Notes: generated by a model from the sequence alone, not told the origin. A stretch of 64,000 bases of DNA from an uncultured Candidatus Saccharibacteria bacterium (GCA_964621595.1 CAZUPO010000001.1:78758-142757); one strand, 5' to 3'. Counted from the first letter of the stretch, positions 30,937-40,897 are shown. Translations and numbers: made by a program.

Positions 30937-31939
30937 ACGAGTAGGTTTTAAATCCTATATCCCTAAAAATAGTAGTTATTTCTTCTTCATTGAGGTGCCC
31001 TTTTTTCTTTTGTTCGATCATTACCGTGATAATATACGGCCGACCTGGGGCGTATACAATCCCAGAGTCTGCTCGTACATTTTCATCTATACGTATACCA
31101 GTTTTATGTACAAAAGGCACAGTCTCAGGAATACTTTGACCAAGAAGATCTCTTGGGGCATGGGAAAGAATGTCTAAGAAAAGTTGGGCGTATTCTTGGT
31201 TTAGATACGTTGCATTATAAAGAGATCGAAAAAAAATAGAATATCTCTTAGCTGTGATACGATTGTCTGCATCTACTTGATTCTTGGGTGATCGCTTTAA
31301 TGCCTCAATAATATCATCTAAACCCATATGAACATAAACGTCTTCGAGTTCTTCTCCGTCTAGGTTTCTTAGTAGTACAAAGTGTGCTGTATTGTCTGAA
31401 TCAATGAGTGAGGCTTCCAAAAATTGTCTGATAGTAAACGTACTACCTGATGGCTGTTTATAAAGATTGCCATATTCGCTATCTTTGTCATCATCAAGAA
31501 TTACTAATTCATTTGTTAATTTCCATTTCTTATCTTGAATTTTTTTCATAATAGCCATTGCAACAGGAATTTTAATGAGACTTGCCGGCCAAATCTTTTC
31601 ATCCTTATTCACCGCAATGTTGGCACCGGTTGGCAAATACTCGAAGTACACAGAGACAAGATAATCATCGCGATTTTCGTATGTTTTAGTAAGATAATCA
31701 CGTAGTTCTTGGAAATCAACAATACGATCTTTTTTCTCAATAATGAGAAGGGCGGGGTTAAGAAACGTTAATTTAGTGTTTTCTTTATGAGAAAGTACTT
31801 GGCTTGAAATAAAAACACCAATACAAAATCCAGCAAAAAGTATAGTGATGCTGACTAGCATTCTTTTTTCTAAAAAGAATGCTAGTACTGCTTGTTTTTT
31901 AACATGGTAATTATTGCTCATTATTATCTTCAATGACAA
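30917..31939 (-). CDS. Class A beta-lactamase-related serine hydrolase, membrane anchored
   Basis: ASLIK (SxxK), SDN and HKTG motifs; N-terminal TM. Confidence 0.85.
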   Translation of the reverse strand: MSLKIIMSNNYHVKKQAVLAFFLEKRMLVSITILFAGFCIGVFISSQVLSHKENTKLTFLNPALLIIEKKDRIVDFQELRDYLTKTYENRDDYLVSVYFEYLPTGANIAVNKDEKIWPASLIKIPVAMAIMKKIQDKKWKLTNELVILDDDKDSEYGNLYKQPSGSTFTIRQFLEASLIDSDNTAHFVLLRNLDGEELEDVYVHMGLDDIIEALKRSPKNQVDADNRITAKRYSIFFRSLYNATYLNQEYAQLFLDILSHAPRDLLGQSIPETVPFVHKTGIRIDENVRADSGIVYAPGRPYIITVMIEQKKKGHLNEEEITTIFRDIGFKTYSYVTQAH

Positions 31940-34283
31940 AATTTAAATCTTCGAGTTTCTCCTTGGTTACAAGTGTATCAAGTTCTTCTTTGCTACGAAA
32001 TACATCTACTGTGGTTAAGTTATCATCAGAAAATACCTCGCCTGTAAATTCAGAATAAAATGAAAAATTACTAGCGCCAACGTAAACCTTCCAGACAAGA
32101 TTACTGAAGTCAACCTCTCCACGCTCACCATTACCTTTGTCGTATGGTGGAATGATACGGTAATCAATAGTTTTTGAATCTATGTTATAAGTAAACACCA
32201 TGGTTTCATCTTCAGAAAGCCAGAAAATATTTCTATCTTTAATAGCAAATGGGTAATCTTTTGCTGGTGGAGCGATACCCTCTTCATCTATTTTATTCTC
32301 TGTACCATCTTGTAAATTAAAAATCCAAAGTGTGTCTATATCATCCTGAGATAAATGCGCCACCACGATGCCACCGACTGTCCCCTTGATACTTTTAATT
32401 TCATCTTTTTTAAAATCAGGGAGGGGAAGTTTTTTTCTCTTTTCTTCTTCTTTAATAAGATCTAGTATTTGTTCTATACTCCCGTCTTTTGGTAGGGCGC
32501 GATTTAATTTATACCAACTATTTTTTTGTATCAGAGTACTTGCAACACTAGAGGTGGCTGTAGAAGTGGCCAATATTATATCCTCAGAAATAACGCTCGT
32601 AGTAGACGAAATCTCAGCAGGCGTCGTGGTACTAGCAGCACCTGTAACTAACACAGTGCCAGAGGCTGTTTCTATTGTAGTTGCCGATGATGAAGTTGCT
32701 TCTGGGTACATGTACCAAACCTCCTCCTTGTCCGTATCACTATTTTTTAAACGCACAATACGAACATCTCCAACTGTCACATCCTCCAAAATAGTGTCTC
32801 GTTCAAAATCTGGGTGTATGTGCTCAACGATTGTTTCGTATAATACTTCAACTTTAATACCGTCTAGATACATGCTTGGGATACTGTCAATGTGCCTTTT
32901 AGGCACCACCTTGACCTGGAGTCGTTCCATATCATTCCATGTAGTTGTTGCATTTAACGGGATTTCAAACGTTCTGTATTTCATTGATTCTCGATCGAGT
33001 TCACCAAGACTGCTCCAGGTAACTCCGTCAAAAGTGTATAGAACTTCGACAAGAGCACTTGCATGAGTCAATGTGCCCGCTCCTTCTTCTGTGGTTGTGG
33101 CAGTAGTGGTTGCAACCTCTGTAGAAGACGTCACGACCTCGCTACTTGTGGCTAATAGCAACATATCTTGAGTTGTCGAAGAAAGGTCTACCGCTTGCGT
33201 AGTTATCTCAGTGAGAACAGATGATTCTTCTGTCGGAACAACCATATCTTCAACAGAAGACGTGGAGGCTGTCGTTTGCACTACAGGGGCTTCTGTTGTT
33301 GGTTGAGATATATTTTCTGATAGATCTGATATAGGGACAGGCTCTGTCATTACATTCGACGATGTTGCTTCTTCAGCAAAAACATGTGTAATTATTTGAC
33401 CACTTAAAAAATTATACAGCATGTCTAAATATGACGTCGGCTGTGATTCACTTGGAGATGTTTCTACCGGTGAAGAAGGTTGGGTGGGTGATTCTATGTG
33501 TTCTACTGGGGTTGGTGCCGCCTCTTGTACTGGCTGTGTTTCACTTTGTATTGTACTTGATGATACGGTTTCAGTTTGGTTGGTATCCCCTACTGATGTA
33601 GTTGGTTCTGTTGGTTGTATAAGTGACTGGACCACATTAATCAAAGAGTCGATAATCCCCGCTTGTGTAGTCGTGCCAACACTTTCTGTGGAAGTACTTT
33701 CTGATGTAGTTGTTGCCGTAGACGTAGACAACGTAAATGTCACTTCTGTCGTAGAAGAAACATCCAGTATCTCGCCACTTGATGATGCAAACGAATCTCC
33801 AATGATAGTATCTTCTAGGAGAAAGTCTCCTCCGACCGCCATAGAAACCGTAACAAGCATTTTTGTTGGCTTAGTATTACTCTTGAAGTCACCAGAAAAA
33901 TCTCCGCAGTATATTTCTGCTTGAGTGTCTTTGGGTAGTACCGCTGAATTACTCACAGTGAAATGATCCGTATCAACATTAGAAATATTCTCTGGCGTAC
34001 CTTCAGCGTGATCCGGGTTTAGCCACCCACCCAAACACGTATTTGGATAAAATACGACACTGTCGGCAGTTCCATGCGGAGAGATGAAAACACCGAGCAC
34101 AAATAAAAGCACTATAGTGGAGAGCGCCACTCTCCAACGTTTGCGCGACTTCGCCTCTTCCAATAACTTCTGAGAGGTAAAAATATTTTCAAGTGAGCGC
34201 TTTACACTCTCGATATGAGATTCGGTTCTTTTGAGGGAATGGTGTATGAAGTTTTTTTTCTTTGGCGAGGGTTTCTTTTCCAT
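31911..34283 (-). CDS. Large membrane-anchored acidic Thr/Ser-rich hypothetical protein
   Basis: 790 aa ORF with N-terminal TM and long low-complexity T/S/E linkers. Confidence 0.75.
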   Translation of the reverse strand: MEKKPSPKKKNFIHHSLKRTESHIESVKRSLENIFTSQKLLEEAKSRKRWRVALSTIVLLFVLGVFISPHGTADSVVFYPNTCLGGWLNPDHAEGTPENISNVDTDHFTVSNSAVLPKDTQAEIYCGDFSGDFKSNTKPTKMLVTVSMAVGGDFLLEDTIIGDSFASSSGEILDVSSTTEVTFTLSTSTATTTSESTSTESVGTTTQAGIIDSLINVVQSLIQPTEPTTSVGDTNQTETVSSSTIQSETQPVQEAAPTPVEHIESPTQPSSPVETSPSESQPTSYLDMLYNFLSGQIITHVFAEEATSSNVMTEPVPISDLSENISQPTTEAPVVQTTASTSSVEDMVVPTEESSVLTEITTQAVDLSSTTQDMLLLATSSEVVTSSTEVATTTATTTEEGAGTLTHASALVEVLYTFDGVTWSSLGELDRESMKYRTFEIPLNATTTWNDMERLQVKVVPKRHIDSIPSMYLDGIKVEVLYETIVEHIHPDFERDTILEDVTVGDVRIVRLKNSDTDKEEVWYMYPEATSSSATTIETASGTVLVTGAASTTTPAEISSTTSVISEDIILATSTATSSVASTLIQKNSWYKLNRALPKDGSIEQILDLIKEEEKRKKLPLPDFKKDEIKSIKGTVGGIVVAHLSQDDIDTLWIFNLQDGTENKIDEEGIAPPAKDYPFAIKDRNIFWLSEDETMVFTYNIDSKTIDYRIIPPYDKGNGERGEVDFSNLVWKVYVGASNFSFYSEFTGEVFSDDNLTTVDVFRSKEELDTLVTKEKLEDLNFVIEDNNEQ

Positions 34284-34395
34284 GAGGACGATGTATACCT
34301 CGAGTATATCAGTGGTTTTATACTATCCGCGGGGTAATCCCCATAACCATAGGTACGTATTTGATTTTAAGAGCAGGTAAGAACTTCAAAAATGC

Positions 34396-34878
34396 TCACC
34401 TCTTTATCTCTCTGGCTTTCGCAATCATTTTAGACGTTGAGTTTATTTTTTTACTAAAACTGTACACGACCCTAGTACCATACTCTTTCAAGTAGAAATC
34501 CTTGATTGTGTTATAAAACTTTACATAACCCCTCCTGAAAAATACCTGAGGGCGCGCATGACGCAAGAAGTGTAAACTCGTCTCTAATTTATTATTTTTA
34601 TCCACAAAAGACAACATAATAACAGCAGAAACAGGTTTTAGTGCCGCCAATATTTTTGCTCTCTTATATTGGGTATGAATTGGTTCCCTTCCCTTAAAAC
34701 GTCGTATGAACTCATCTGAAACCACACCAACAACTAACTCCCCGCCAAGTTTTGATGCCTCAAAAATATGCGCAAGGTGACCATCATGAAGTAAATCAAA
34801 GCAACCAGTAACACAAACGATTTTACGATTTTTTGCCCACTTTTTATATTCTGATAACTGGGAAAATCTATATATCAC
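34396..34878 (-). CDS. Cytidylyltransferase family protein (TagD/RfaE-C-like)
   Basis: TGCFDLLHDGH HxGH motif; SSTS-like C-terminal motif. Confidence 0.85.
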   Translation of the reverse strand: MIYRFSQLSEYKKWAKNRKIVCVTGCFDLLHDGHLAHIFEASKLGGELVVGVVSDEFIRRFKGREPIHTQYKRAKILAALKPVSAVIMLSFVDKNNKLETSLHFLRHARPQVFFRRGYVKFYNTIKDFYLKEYGTRVVYSFSKKINSTSKMIAKAREIKR

Positions 34879-34985
34879 AGTACCTTAAATCTATAACATT
34901 TAAAGCTTTCTGTCTAGTGGCTTCTGCTGCTTTTTGGGGAACCTGAAATCGCAGGGTGTCGACCAAATTTTTACACAACCCGCGC

Positions 34986-35393
34986 TTATACTTTAACAAT
35001 TTTTATACCAAACCATCTATCCCAGTAGAATCCAGATTCTTTTTTGAATGTATACAAGGCAACAAGACCAAAAATTAATGAAAATTTAAAAAAGAAGGAG
35101 CATCCCCAGTGTAAGATCATCTTCCAGGTAGCTGGCTTTTTATCAAGATTCTTTGCATCCACAAACTTATATTTGAAGACTTTCATACCTGGGGTCCAAT
35201 ACATATAACAATGAAAAACTACAACGTACAGCGTGATTGGTATCCATGCTAGCGTGTCCGGTAGATTATCACTGGCACCCGTGAAGACAACAGAAATAAT
35301 TGTAAAAACAAGTGTATAAAAAAACACGTCGATAATATCAGAAAGTATATATGTGCCCAAACTAATCGTATGCCCGTTGTTTGTTTCTTTCAT
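34986..35393 (-). CDS. RDD-family-like membrane protein
   Basis: IID..F, TPGMKVFK, WDRWFG motifs with TM helices. Confidence 0.6.
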   Translation of the reverse strand: MKETNNGHTISLGTYILSDIIDVFFYTLVFTIISVVFTGASDNLPDTLAWIPITLYVVVFHCYMYWTPGMKVFKYKFVDAKNLDKKPATWKMILHWGCSFFFKFSLIFGLVALYTFKKESGFYWDRWFGIKIVKV

Positions 35394-35442
35394 GGGGTAA
35401 GTATATCACTCTAAGGTGTGAAAATGTTGGGAGCACAAAAAT

Positions 35443-36231
35443 TCACCCTAAAGTCCTTAGAGTGGCCTTTGCTGCGTCTATAAAATTATGCACATCTGTT
35501 TCAAACCTTAGAACATCTTGCTCGAGCATCTTCCACTCGTCAGGAATTTGTCCATTCCCAACATTTTCTTCATGAACAAAAACAGCGATCAACATATCTA
35601 AAATTCCTCCAAGAATAACCGTAGAGAAACTGAGAGCTTTTTTTGCTTCAAAATAAGGTCCGTAATTAAAGTGATACTGACCATTGCCTGCTGATGACTG
35701 AGATCCGAAAAACTGAGATCCAAATGCACTGGCATGTGATGCTTTACTGAGGGTCTTAAACGCGGTACCATACGGAGTACTACCCCTTGAGACACTATCG
35801 CGATCTATAGCACCCTCATTAAATGCATCCTTGAAAACACGGTTCTTCTGATAGTCATCTTCCTTCTCGTTCCAAAACATTTCTAATAATTCAGTATGGT
35901 GAAACAAGTATTCCGCCATCATCAAATCACTCATAGAACTTCTGCTCAGAGTAGCGGCATCGCCGTATAAACCACGTTCCAGTAAAAGCCTAGAACTTTC
36001 CGTGTGTTGTATAAAGCGGTTCATCAGTAACAAAAGAACTTTTGTATAGGTAACGCTAGATTGATCAGGAAATGCTCGAGCCTCACTAATAAGGAATTTG
36101 ATGACATCTTTGAGAAGATCTACACCCCGCCAATATAGCACATAAAACTTTGGTAACGCAGTCTCTGTTAAAGAGAGGATTTCTTTTTCTATTTTCTGAA
36201 AATCTCTGTTTCCTTCTTGTGGCGATTCCAT
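35443..36231 (-). CDS. Hypothetical all-helical protein (DUF5677/HEPN-like)
   Basis: 262 aa; LL..G.Y.DA..L.R and LS..SH pattern; family call tentative. Confidence 0.45.
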   Translation of the reverse strand: MESPQEGNRDFQKIEKEILSLTETALPKFYVLYWRGVDLLKDVIKFLISEARAFPDQSSVTYTKVLLLLMNRFIQHTESSRLLLERGLYGDAATLSRSSMSDLMMAEYLFHHTELLEMFWNEKEDDYQKNRVFKDAFNEGAIDRDSVSRGSTPYGTAFKTLSKASHASAFGSQFFGSQSSAGNGQYHFNYGPYFEAKKALSFSTVILGGILDMLIAVFVHEENVGNGQIPDEWKMLEQDVLRFETDVHNFIDAAKATLRTLG

Positions 36232-36284
36232 GGTTAAATTCTCGTTAAATATGTTACCCGGAGTCCGCGGTTACCTTAAACTAC

Positions 36285-36463
36285 CTGGGGTACAAGGGCT
36301 CGATCACAAAACTTCTCCTCATACATTCGTCGATAAAGTTTCGCGACCCCGTATTCGAGCCCTTACGCACAACATGCAGATGTTGTGCTGTACCCCAGCA
36401 ACACTAAGTGTAAGGAACGCTTTGCGTACTGTCAAAATGTGTTGCTGGGGTACAAGGGCTCGA
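36285..36463 (-). repeat. tRNA-linked structured element, copy 2 (tRNA-Gln 3' end duplicated)
   Basis: 19-bp direct repeat CTGGGGTACAAGGGCTCGA at 36285 and 36445; core homologous to 10977-11064. Confidence 0.85.
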
Positions 36464-36515
36464 ACCTCGATTAACGGAGCCAGAATCCGTTGTCCTACCA
36501 TTAGACGATACCCCA
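36445..36515 (-). tRNA. tRNA-Gln(CTG)
   Basis: TGGGGTA...TACCCCAG acceptor; ACGGA-TTCTGGC-TCCGT anticodon arm; GGTTCGAG T-loop. Confidence 0.95.
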
Positions 36516-36681
36516 AAAAATTGTTAGGGAATAGGCACTAGTAAATACGTAATCCCCTAATCAAGACACGTGGCACAAAATACTTTACTAATGTGCGAAC
36601 ATACTATCATTTTTCAACCCAAAAATAAAGACGGGTGCTACATGCGCACATCTATGCAAATAATATTTCATTGCTATACTA

Positions 36682-36918
36682 ATGAGTATGTCTTGTCATG
36701 AAAATCATTCGCGATCGATTGTAAAAGCGATCAGTTACCGTCTCGTTAGTATTTGTGCGGACCTAATACTCGTATTTGCAATTACGAAAAAAATTGAACT
36801 AACCCTTGGTATTGTAACCGCAAGTAATATCGTAAGTACGTTTGTCTACTACTTCCATGAACGTGTATGGAACAGTTTCCATCTCGGCCGCTTTGCTCTT
36901 AAAAATTTAAAACGTTAG
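36682..36918 (+). CDS. DUF2061 small membrane protein
   Basis: RSIVKAISYR...YYFHERVW signature. Confidence 0.85.
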   Translation: MSMSCHENHSRSIVKAISYRLVSICADLILVFAITKKIELTLGIVTASNIVSTFVYYFHERVWNSFHLGRFALKNLKR

Positions 36919-36935
36919 GCAATGTTAGGGTAACC

Positions 36936-38165
36936 ATGCTGCAAGAAATATATCTCTCCATCAAACAACTCCGGAGACCGGTTCGTTCTCTCTTAGCATT
37001 ATCGTACGTATACAGAGGGGCAACAATACTAGTCGGCGCATTTATTCATATTGCAATATATGAACGCATATCAAGCATATCGTTTAACATTCTCGAAGGA
37101 ATTATAAACTTTACCGGCACCATGATCGGTTTTTGTATACTCGGATATTACTTTAGTAAACATCATTACGATATACGCTATGGTTTTTATTATAGTTTTT
37201 TCATGCTCGGACTTGGTGCGCTTCTCTTTACGTTTGCCTTTTCACCTCTGCTTATAACTACTGCGATTCTTCTGTATGGTATTGGAATAGGATTATTTTG
37301 GTTAACAATCCATACATATGAACTAACAGAAACTAGAGATGATGAGCGAGACTTTTATTCTTCTTTATTATCTGCTGGAGGAAAAGTACTTTTGGTGGTA
37401 TGTCCAATTGTTGCAACCGCACTACTCTACCTTTCAAAGACAATTCTACACTTAGACCCATTTATCATTCTATTCTCTGTGATACCATTTATTTTTCTGC
37501 TTGGTCTGTTCTCTTTTTCTGGGATACAGACATACAAACCAAGCACAATAGAACTTGCGGATCTCCGCCACTTTTTTATAGAGAAACGCAATGCAATTGC
37601 ACAACTCTACATGGCAGGAAATGGGATGGGTCACTTTTTGGGACCTCTCATCATACCACTTGCTGCGCTCACCATTTTGGGAAACGAAATGCGGGTCGGG
37701 ATCTTTAATGCAGCCATTGCGATTCTTTCTTCAGTCCTTATTCTTATTTTAGGTAAATATCGCGACAAAGGTAACCGCTTTATATTCCTGTGTGTCGCCA
37801 CGATACTTGGTAGTGTTTTTCTCTACCTACTGGGTTATTACATGTCGAGTACTATTCTTGTTATCTACGCGATTGCTTCATTATTTCTTGATCCTATAAA
37901 AGATGTTTCTAATCATGTGATTTCATTACAAACCATGGAATCAATCGGAAGGAGAGGAAAAGATTTTTATGCCACCATGATCCTGCGTGATTTTTCTTTG
38001 TGGGTATGGAGAATGGTGATTGGTGTGTTACTCCTATACACAAGCACCCTGATTGCAGACCCGTCTCTTATGATCAAGATTGGGATATTTGCCATCATCG
38101 CAGTAGAGTACATAACGGTACTTGGCGCGTACATTCTTCTTAAAACTCTCAATAAATTAGACTAG
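36936..38165 (+). CDS. MFS-type transporter
   Basis: 409 aa with about 12 hydrophobic segments. Confidence 0.7.
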   Translation: MLQEIYLSIKQLRRPVRSLLALSYVYRGATILVGAFIHIAIYERISSISFNILEGIINFTGTMIGFCILGYYFSKHHYDIRYGFYYSFFMLGLGALLFTFAFSPLLITTAILLYGIGIGLFWLTIHTYELTETRDDERDFYSSLLSAGGKVLLVVCPIVATALLYLSKTILHLDPFIILFSVIPFIFLLGLFSFSGIQTYKPSTIELADLRHFFIEKRNAIAQLYMAGNGMGHFLGPLIIPLAALTILGNEMRVGIFNAAIAILSSVLILILGKYRDKGNRFIFLCVATILGSVFLYLLGYYMSSTILVIYAIASLFLDPIKDVSNHVISLQTMESIGRRGKDFYATMILRDFSLWVWRMVIGVLLLYTSTLIADPSLMIKIGIFAIIAVEYITVLGAYILLKTLNKLD

Positions 38166-39814
38166 AGTGTAAGACGTACCACTCGTATAGTCTCGTACGA
38201 ATACTTACCTTTAAGCAGGTCGTACACTGGGGAAAGTTTGTCACTTTTTGTTTTTGTAAATACTTTTTGTATTTCGGTAACTATTTTCTTAGACGGCATG
38301 ATATGTTTGAGTGGTATCTTTTTACCTTCACGCACAAGTGTTTCTAGGTGACCAATAATTGTCCCCTCTGACACATCACGAAGCACTGCAATTTCTTTGA
38401 TGGTGTGTCCTTCCTCTACCAGCAATCTCGTCTTTTCATGCGAAGGAACATGCATTCCTGTATCGCCATCTTCTGTATCCACCTCTTCTGCACTTCCACC
38501 AGAGGAGGTAAGAAATGACTCCTGGAGTGTAGAGAGTTCTTTGGCAGAATATTTTGCAATTGCTCCTTCGGCTTGTTTACTTTTTGCACGAAATGTACGG
38601 TCCATTTCAATCACATCCTCATGTATCATAAAAGCCTTGGCGTTAAATCCCTGTAAATACAAACCTTCAAGCGAGCGTAAGCGTGACAGCGCTACATACC
38701 CCTGCCCACTTGCAAATGTGCGCGTTAGATCAATCTCGGCACTATCAAGTGTCATACCCTGTGATTTATGCACGGTGATTGCCCATGCGAGTTTAAGGGG
38801 GATCTGGGTTACTTCAGCAAGTACTTTGCCATCTTCTTCTATTTTCCATGAATCTGCTTGCAAAGTAACACGTCGACCGTTTGTAAGATGGATTATTGGT
38901 GAACCGTCTTTACTAAATTCTGCAACTATACCCATGGATCCATTCACGTAACTTTTATCTTGTGCATTTTTAATACAAATCACTTTTGCTCCAACCTTAA
39001 GTGAAAGTGTTTGCTCTGCAAGAATGTTTTTCTTAAGTGTTTCTAGAGTGTGCGTCTTGCCGCGAGAAATCATCTCGTACACTCTCTCCTCACCATCCAA
39101 GAGATCAAATTCTCGCTTATTAATTGCATCTACATTTTCGTTATGAGTGTAAAGTTTTATGGATGATCTACTTTGTATATCTAAACGACTTTGCAATAAT
39201 TCATAATGCTCATCTTCTATATCCCCCTTACGTATTGCTTCTAGGATAGAAAGTAATCTCCCATCATCTTGTCTATATTGTTCCTCGAGATAGCAACATA
39301 CTGGCTTTGCCTCCTTCCATGCGTGTGAAGTAAAAGCATAAACATTCGTTGATTGCTCATCTTCTTGCGAGTACTTTACCACGGGTGGAAGTTGAAAAAA
39401 GTCTCCGGTAAAAACAACTTGTATACCACCAAATGATTTTTCATTTCGACGAAGATGCTTGAGGACCCTATCTAACATGTCGATAAAGTTCGCATGGAGC
39501 ATAGACACCTCGTCGATGATAAGTACTTGTGTGTCATTCACTCGTTTATAGAGAGATTGCTTTTCTTCAAGAGCGTCTAGATCTCGCGCAGAGAGAGACT
39601 CTTTGACACCAATACCACTCCACGAGTGAATAGTTGTCCCTCCGATATGAGTAGAAGCGATCCCTGTCGACGCAGTAAGAGTGTATCGCACACCGTGCGA
39701 TCGCAAGTATGATACATACTCACGGATGACGTGACTCTTCCCCGCCCCTGCAGGACCAGTTAAAAAGGTTGTATGCCCGAGTTTAAGAATGGAGAGCGCA
39801 GTATCTTGGGTCAT
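38162..39814 (-). CDS. PIF1-family helicase with C-terminal HTH
   Basis: TGPAGAGKS, IIDEVSM, GDFFQLPPV, AWAITVHKSQG, YVALSR motifs. Confidence 0.92.
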   Translation of the reverse strand: MTQDTALSILKLGHTTFLTGPAGAGKSHVIREYVSYLRSHGVRYTLTASTGIASTHIGGTTIHSWSGIGVKESLSARDLDALEEKQSLYKRVNDTQVLIIDEVSMLHANFIDMLDRVLKHLRRNEKSFGGIQVVFTGDFFQLPPVVKYSQEDEQSTNVYAFTSHAWKEAKPVCCYLEEQYRQDDGRLLSILEAIRKGDIEDEHYELLQSRLDIQSRSSIKLYTHNENVDAINKREFDLLDGEERVYEMISRGKTHTLETLKKNILAEQTLSLKVGAKVICIKNAQDKSYVNGSMGIVAEFSKDGSPIIHLTNGRRVTLQADSWKIEEDGKVLAEVTQIPLKLAWAITVHKSQGMTLDSAEIDLTRTFASGQGYVALSRLRSLEGLYLQGFNAKAFMIHEDVIEMDRTFRAKSKQAEGAIAKYSAKELSTLQESFLTSSGGSAEEVDTEDGDTGMHVPSHEKTRLLVEEGHTIKEIAVLRDVSEGTIIGHLETLVREGKKIPLKHIMPSKKIVTEIQKVFTKTKSDKLSPVYDLLKGKYSYETIRVVRLTL

Positions 39815-39877
39815 GTGTAGAAGTTAGAAGATAGTATACAGGAAATTAGAAATCTGCCGATTGGGACAGGTGCTAGT

Positions 39878-39920
39878 GAAATCCAAAGAGCGCGTGCGAA
39901 GCACGCGCTCTTTGGATTTC
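39878..39920. repeat. Perfect 20-bp palindrome with GAA loop
   Basis: GAAATCCAAAGAGCGCGTGC-GAA-GCACGCGCTCTTTGGATTTC. Confidence 0.85.
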
Positions 39921-39965
39921 GTATCTACTATTCCCCAGTTCCTACCACCTGTAACCTGCCCCCTG

Positions 39966-40892
39966 TTACACCTTCAAATACTTTCTTACAGCGAGTAGCG
40001 ACGAAACAACAGAAAGAATAACACCAGAACCAAGGAGAAGTAACGTGAGCGAGAAGAAGTGACTCATGAAATACGCATGAATATTCATCCCCTCAAAAAA
40101 GAACACTGTCTTTTTGGTGATATACATAGTTGCTGGATAAAAAATAATGAGTGTGATTGCTGTTGCTACTACAGAATAGAGAACTGATTCGACAACAAAT
40201 GGACCACGAATGAACATATTTGATGCACCTACAAGTTTCATGACTGCGATTTCATCACGATACACGAAAATAGCGAGACGAATGGTGTTATACACGATCA
40301 TACAACTCATAATAATGAACAAGATGGAGAGCCAGAATCCGACAGTATTGGTCCAACCTATGATGTTATTTAATTTATCAATACTATCTTTTAGTTGGTA
40401 ATAGTTAATCTTATCCACCGCACTTGCCTGATCCCCAAGAAGTCCAGACCCTGTTGTAAGTTGTTTTGCGATTGCTTCGTACTGTGACGTATCCTTGGCA
40501 ACAATTGAAAGAGATGCCCCGAATGGATTCTCTCCAAGTTCGTCGAGTGCCTGGAGAGTTAACTGATCACCCTCGTGACGTTTTTTGAAATCAGCGAGCG
40601 CTTGATCCCGTGTTGTTAGTTCTGCAGACTTTACTTGTGAAAGACCTCGGAGTTTTGCTTGAATGTCTTTTATTTGATCATCTGTTGCGTCCACTGTGAA
40701 GTACACACGCACGTCTACTTTTTCTTTTATCTGGTCTAGTGTGTAATCAAAAATTGCTCGTGCTAAGTAGAATGATGCAATGATCGAAAGTGTAATAGTG
40801 AGAATAAAAATAGACGAAAGAGAAACCGTCTTGTTGCGATAGAATCCTCGCAACCCTGCTACCAACACTCGTTTCCAAATAGACTTTTTCAT
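39966..40892 (-). CDS. ftsX: Cell division permease FtsX
   Basis: 4-TM topology; NTIRLAIF..RDEI.VMKLVGAS..FIRGPF; adjacent to ftsE. Confidence 0.93.
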   Translation of the reverse strand: MKKSIWKRVLVAGLRGFYRNKTVSLSSIFILTITLSIIASFYLARAIFDYTLDQIKEKVDVRVYFTVDATDDQIKDIQAKLRGLSQVKSAELTTRDQALADFKKRHEGDQLTLQALDELGENPFGASLSIVAKDTSQYEAIAKQLTTGSGLLGDQASAVDKINYYQLKDSIDKLNNIIGWTNTVGFWLSILFIIMSCMIVYNTIRLAIFVYRDEIAVMKLVGASNMFIRGPFVVESVLYSVVATAITLIIFYPATMYITKKTVFFFEGMNIHAYFMSHFFSLTLLLLGSGVILSVVSSLLAVRKYLKV

Positions 40893-40897
40893 AATAA

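Noticed and set aside
30917-31939. Antibiotic-resistance beta-lactamase
   Set aside because: No recognisable ExxLN omega-loop motif; membrane-anchored and embedded in a surface cluster
32368-33924. Long antisense ORFs (e.g. 32368-33066, 33421-33924, 21803-22303, 38397-38951)
   Set aside because: Shadow frames of real genes on the opposite strand
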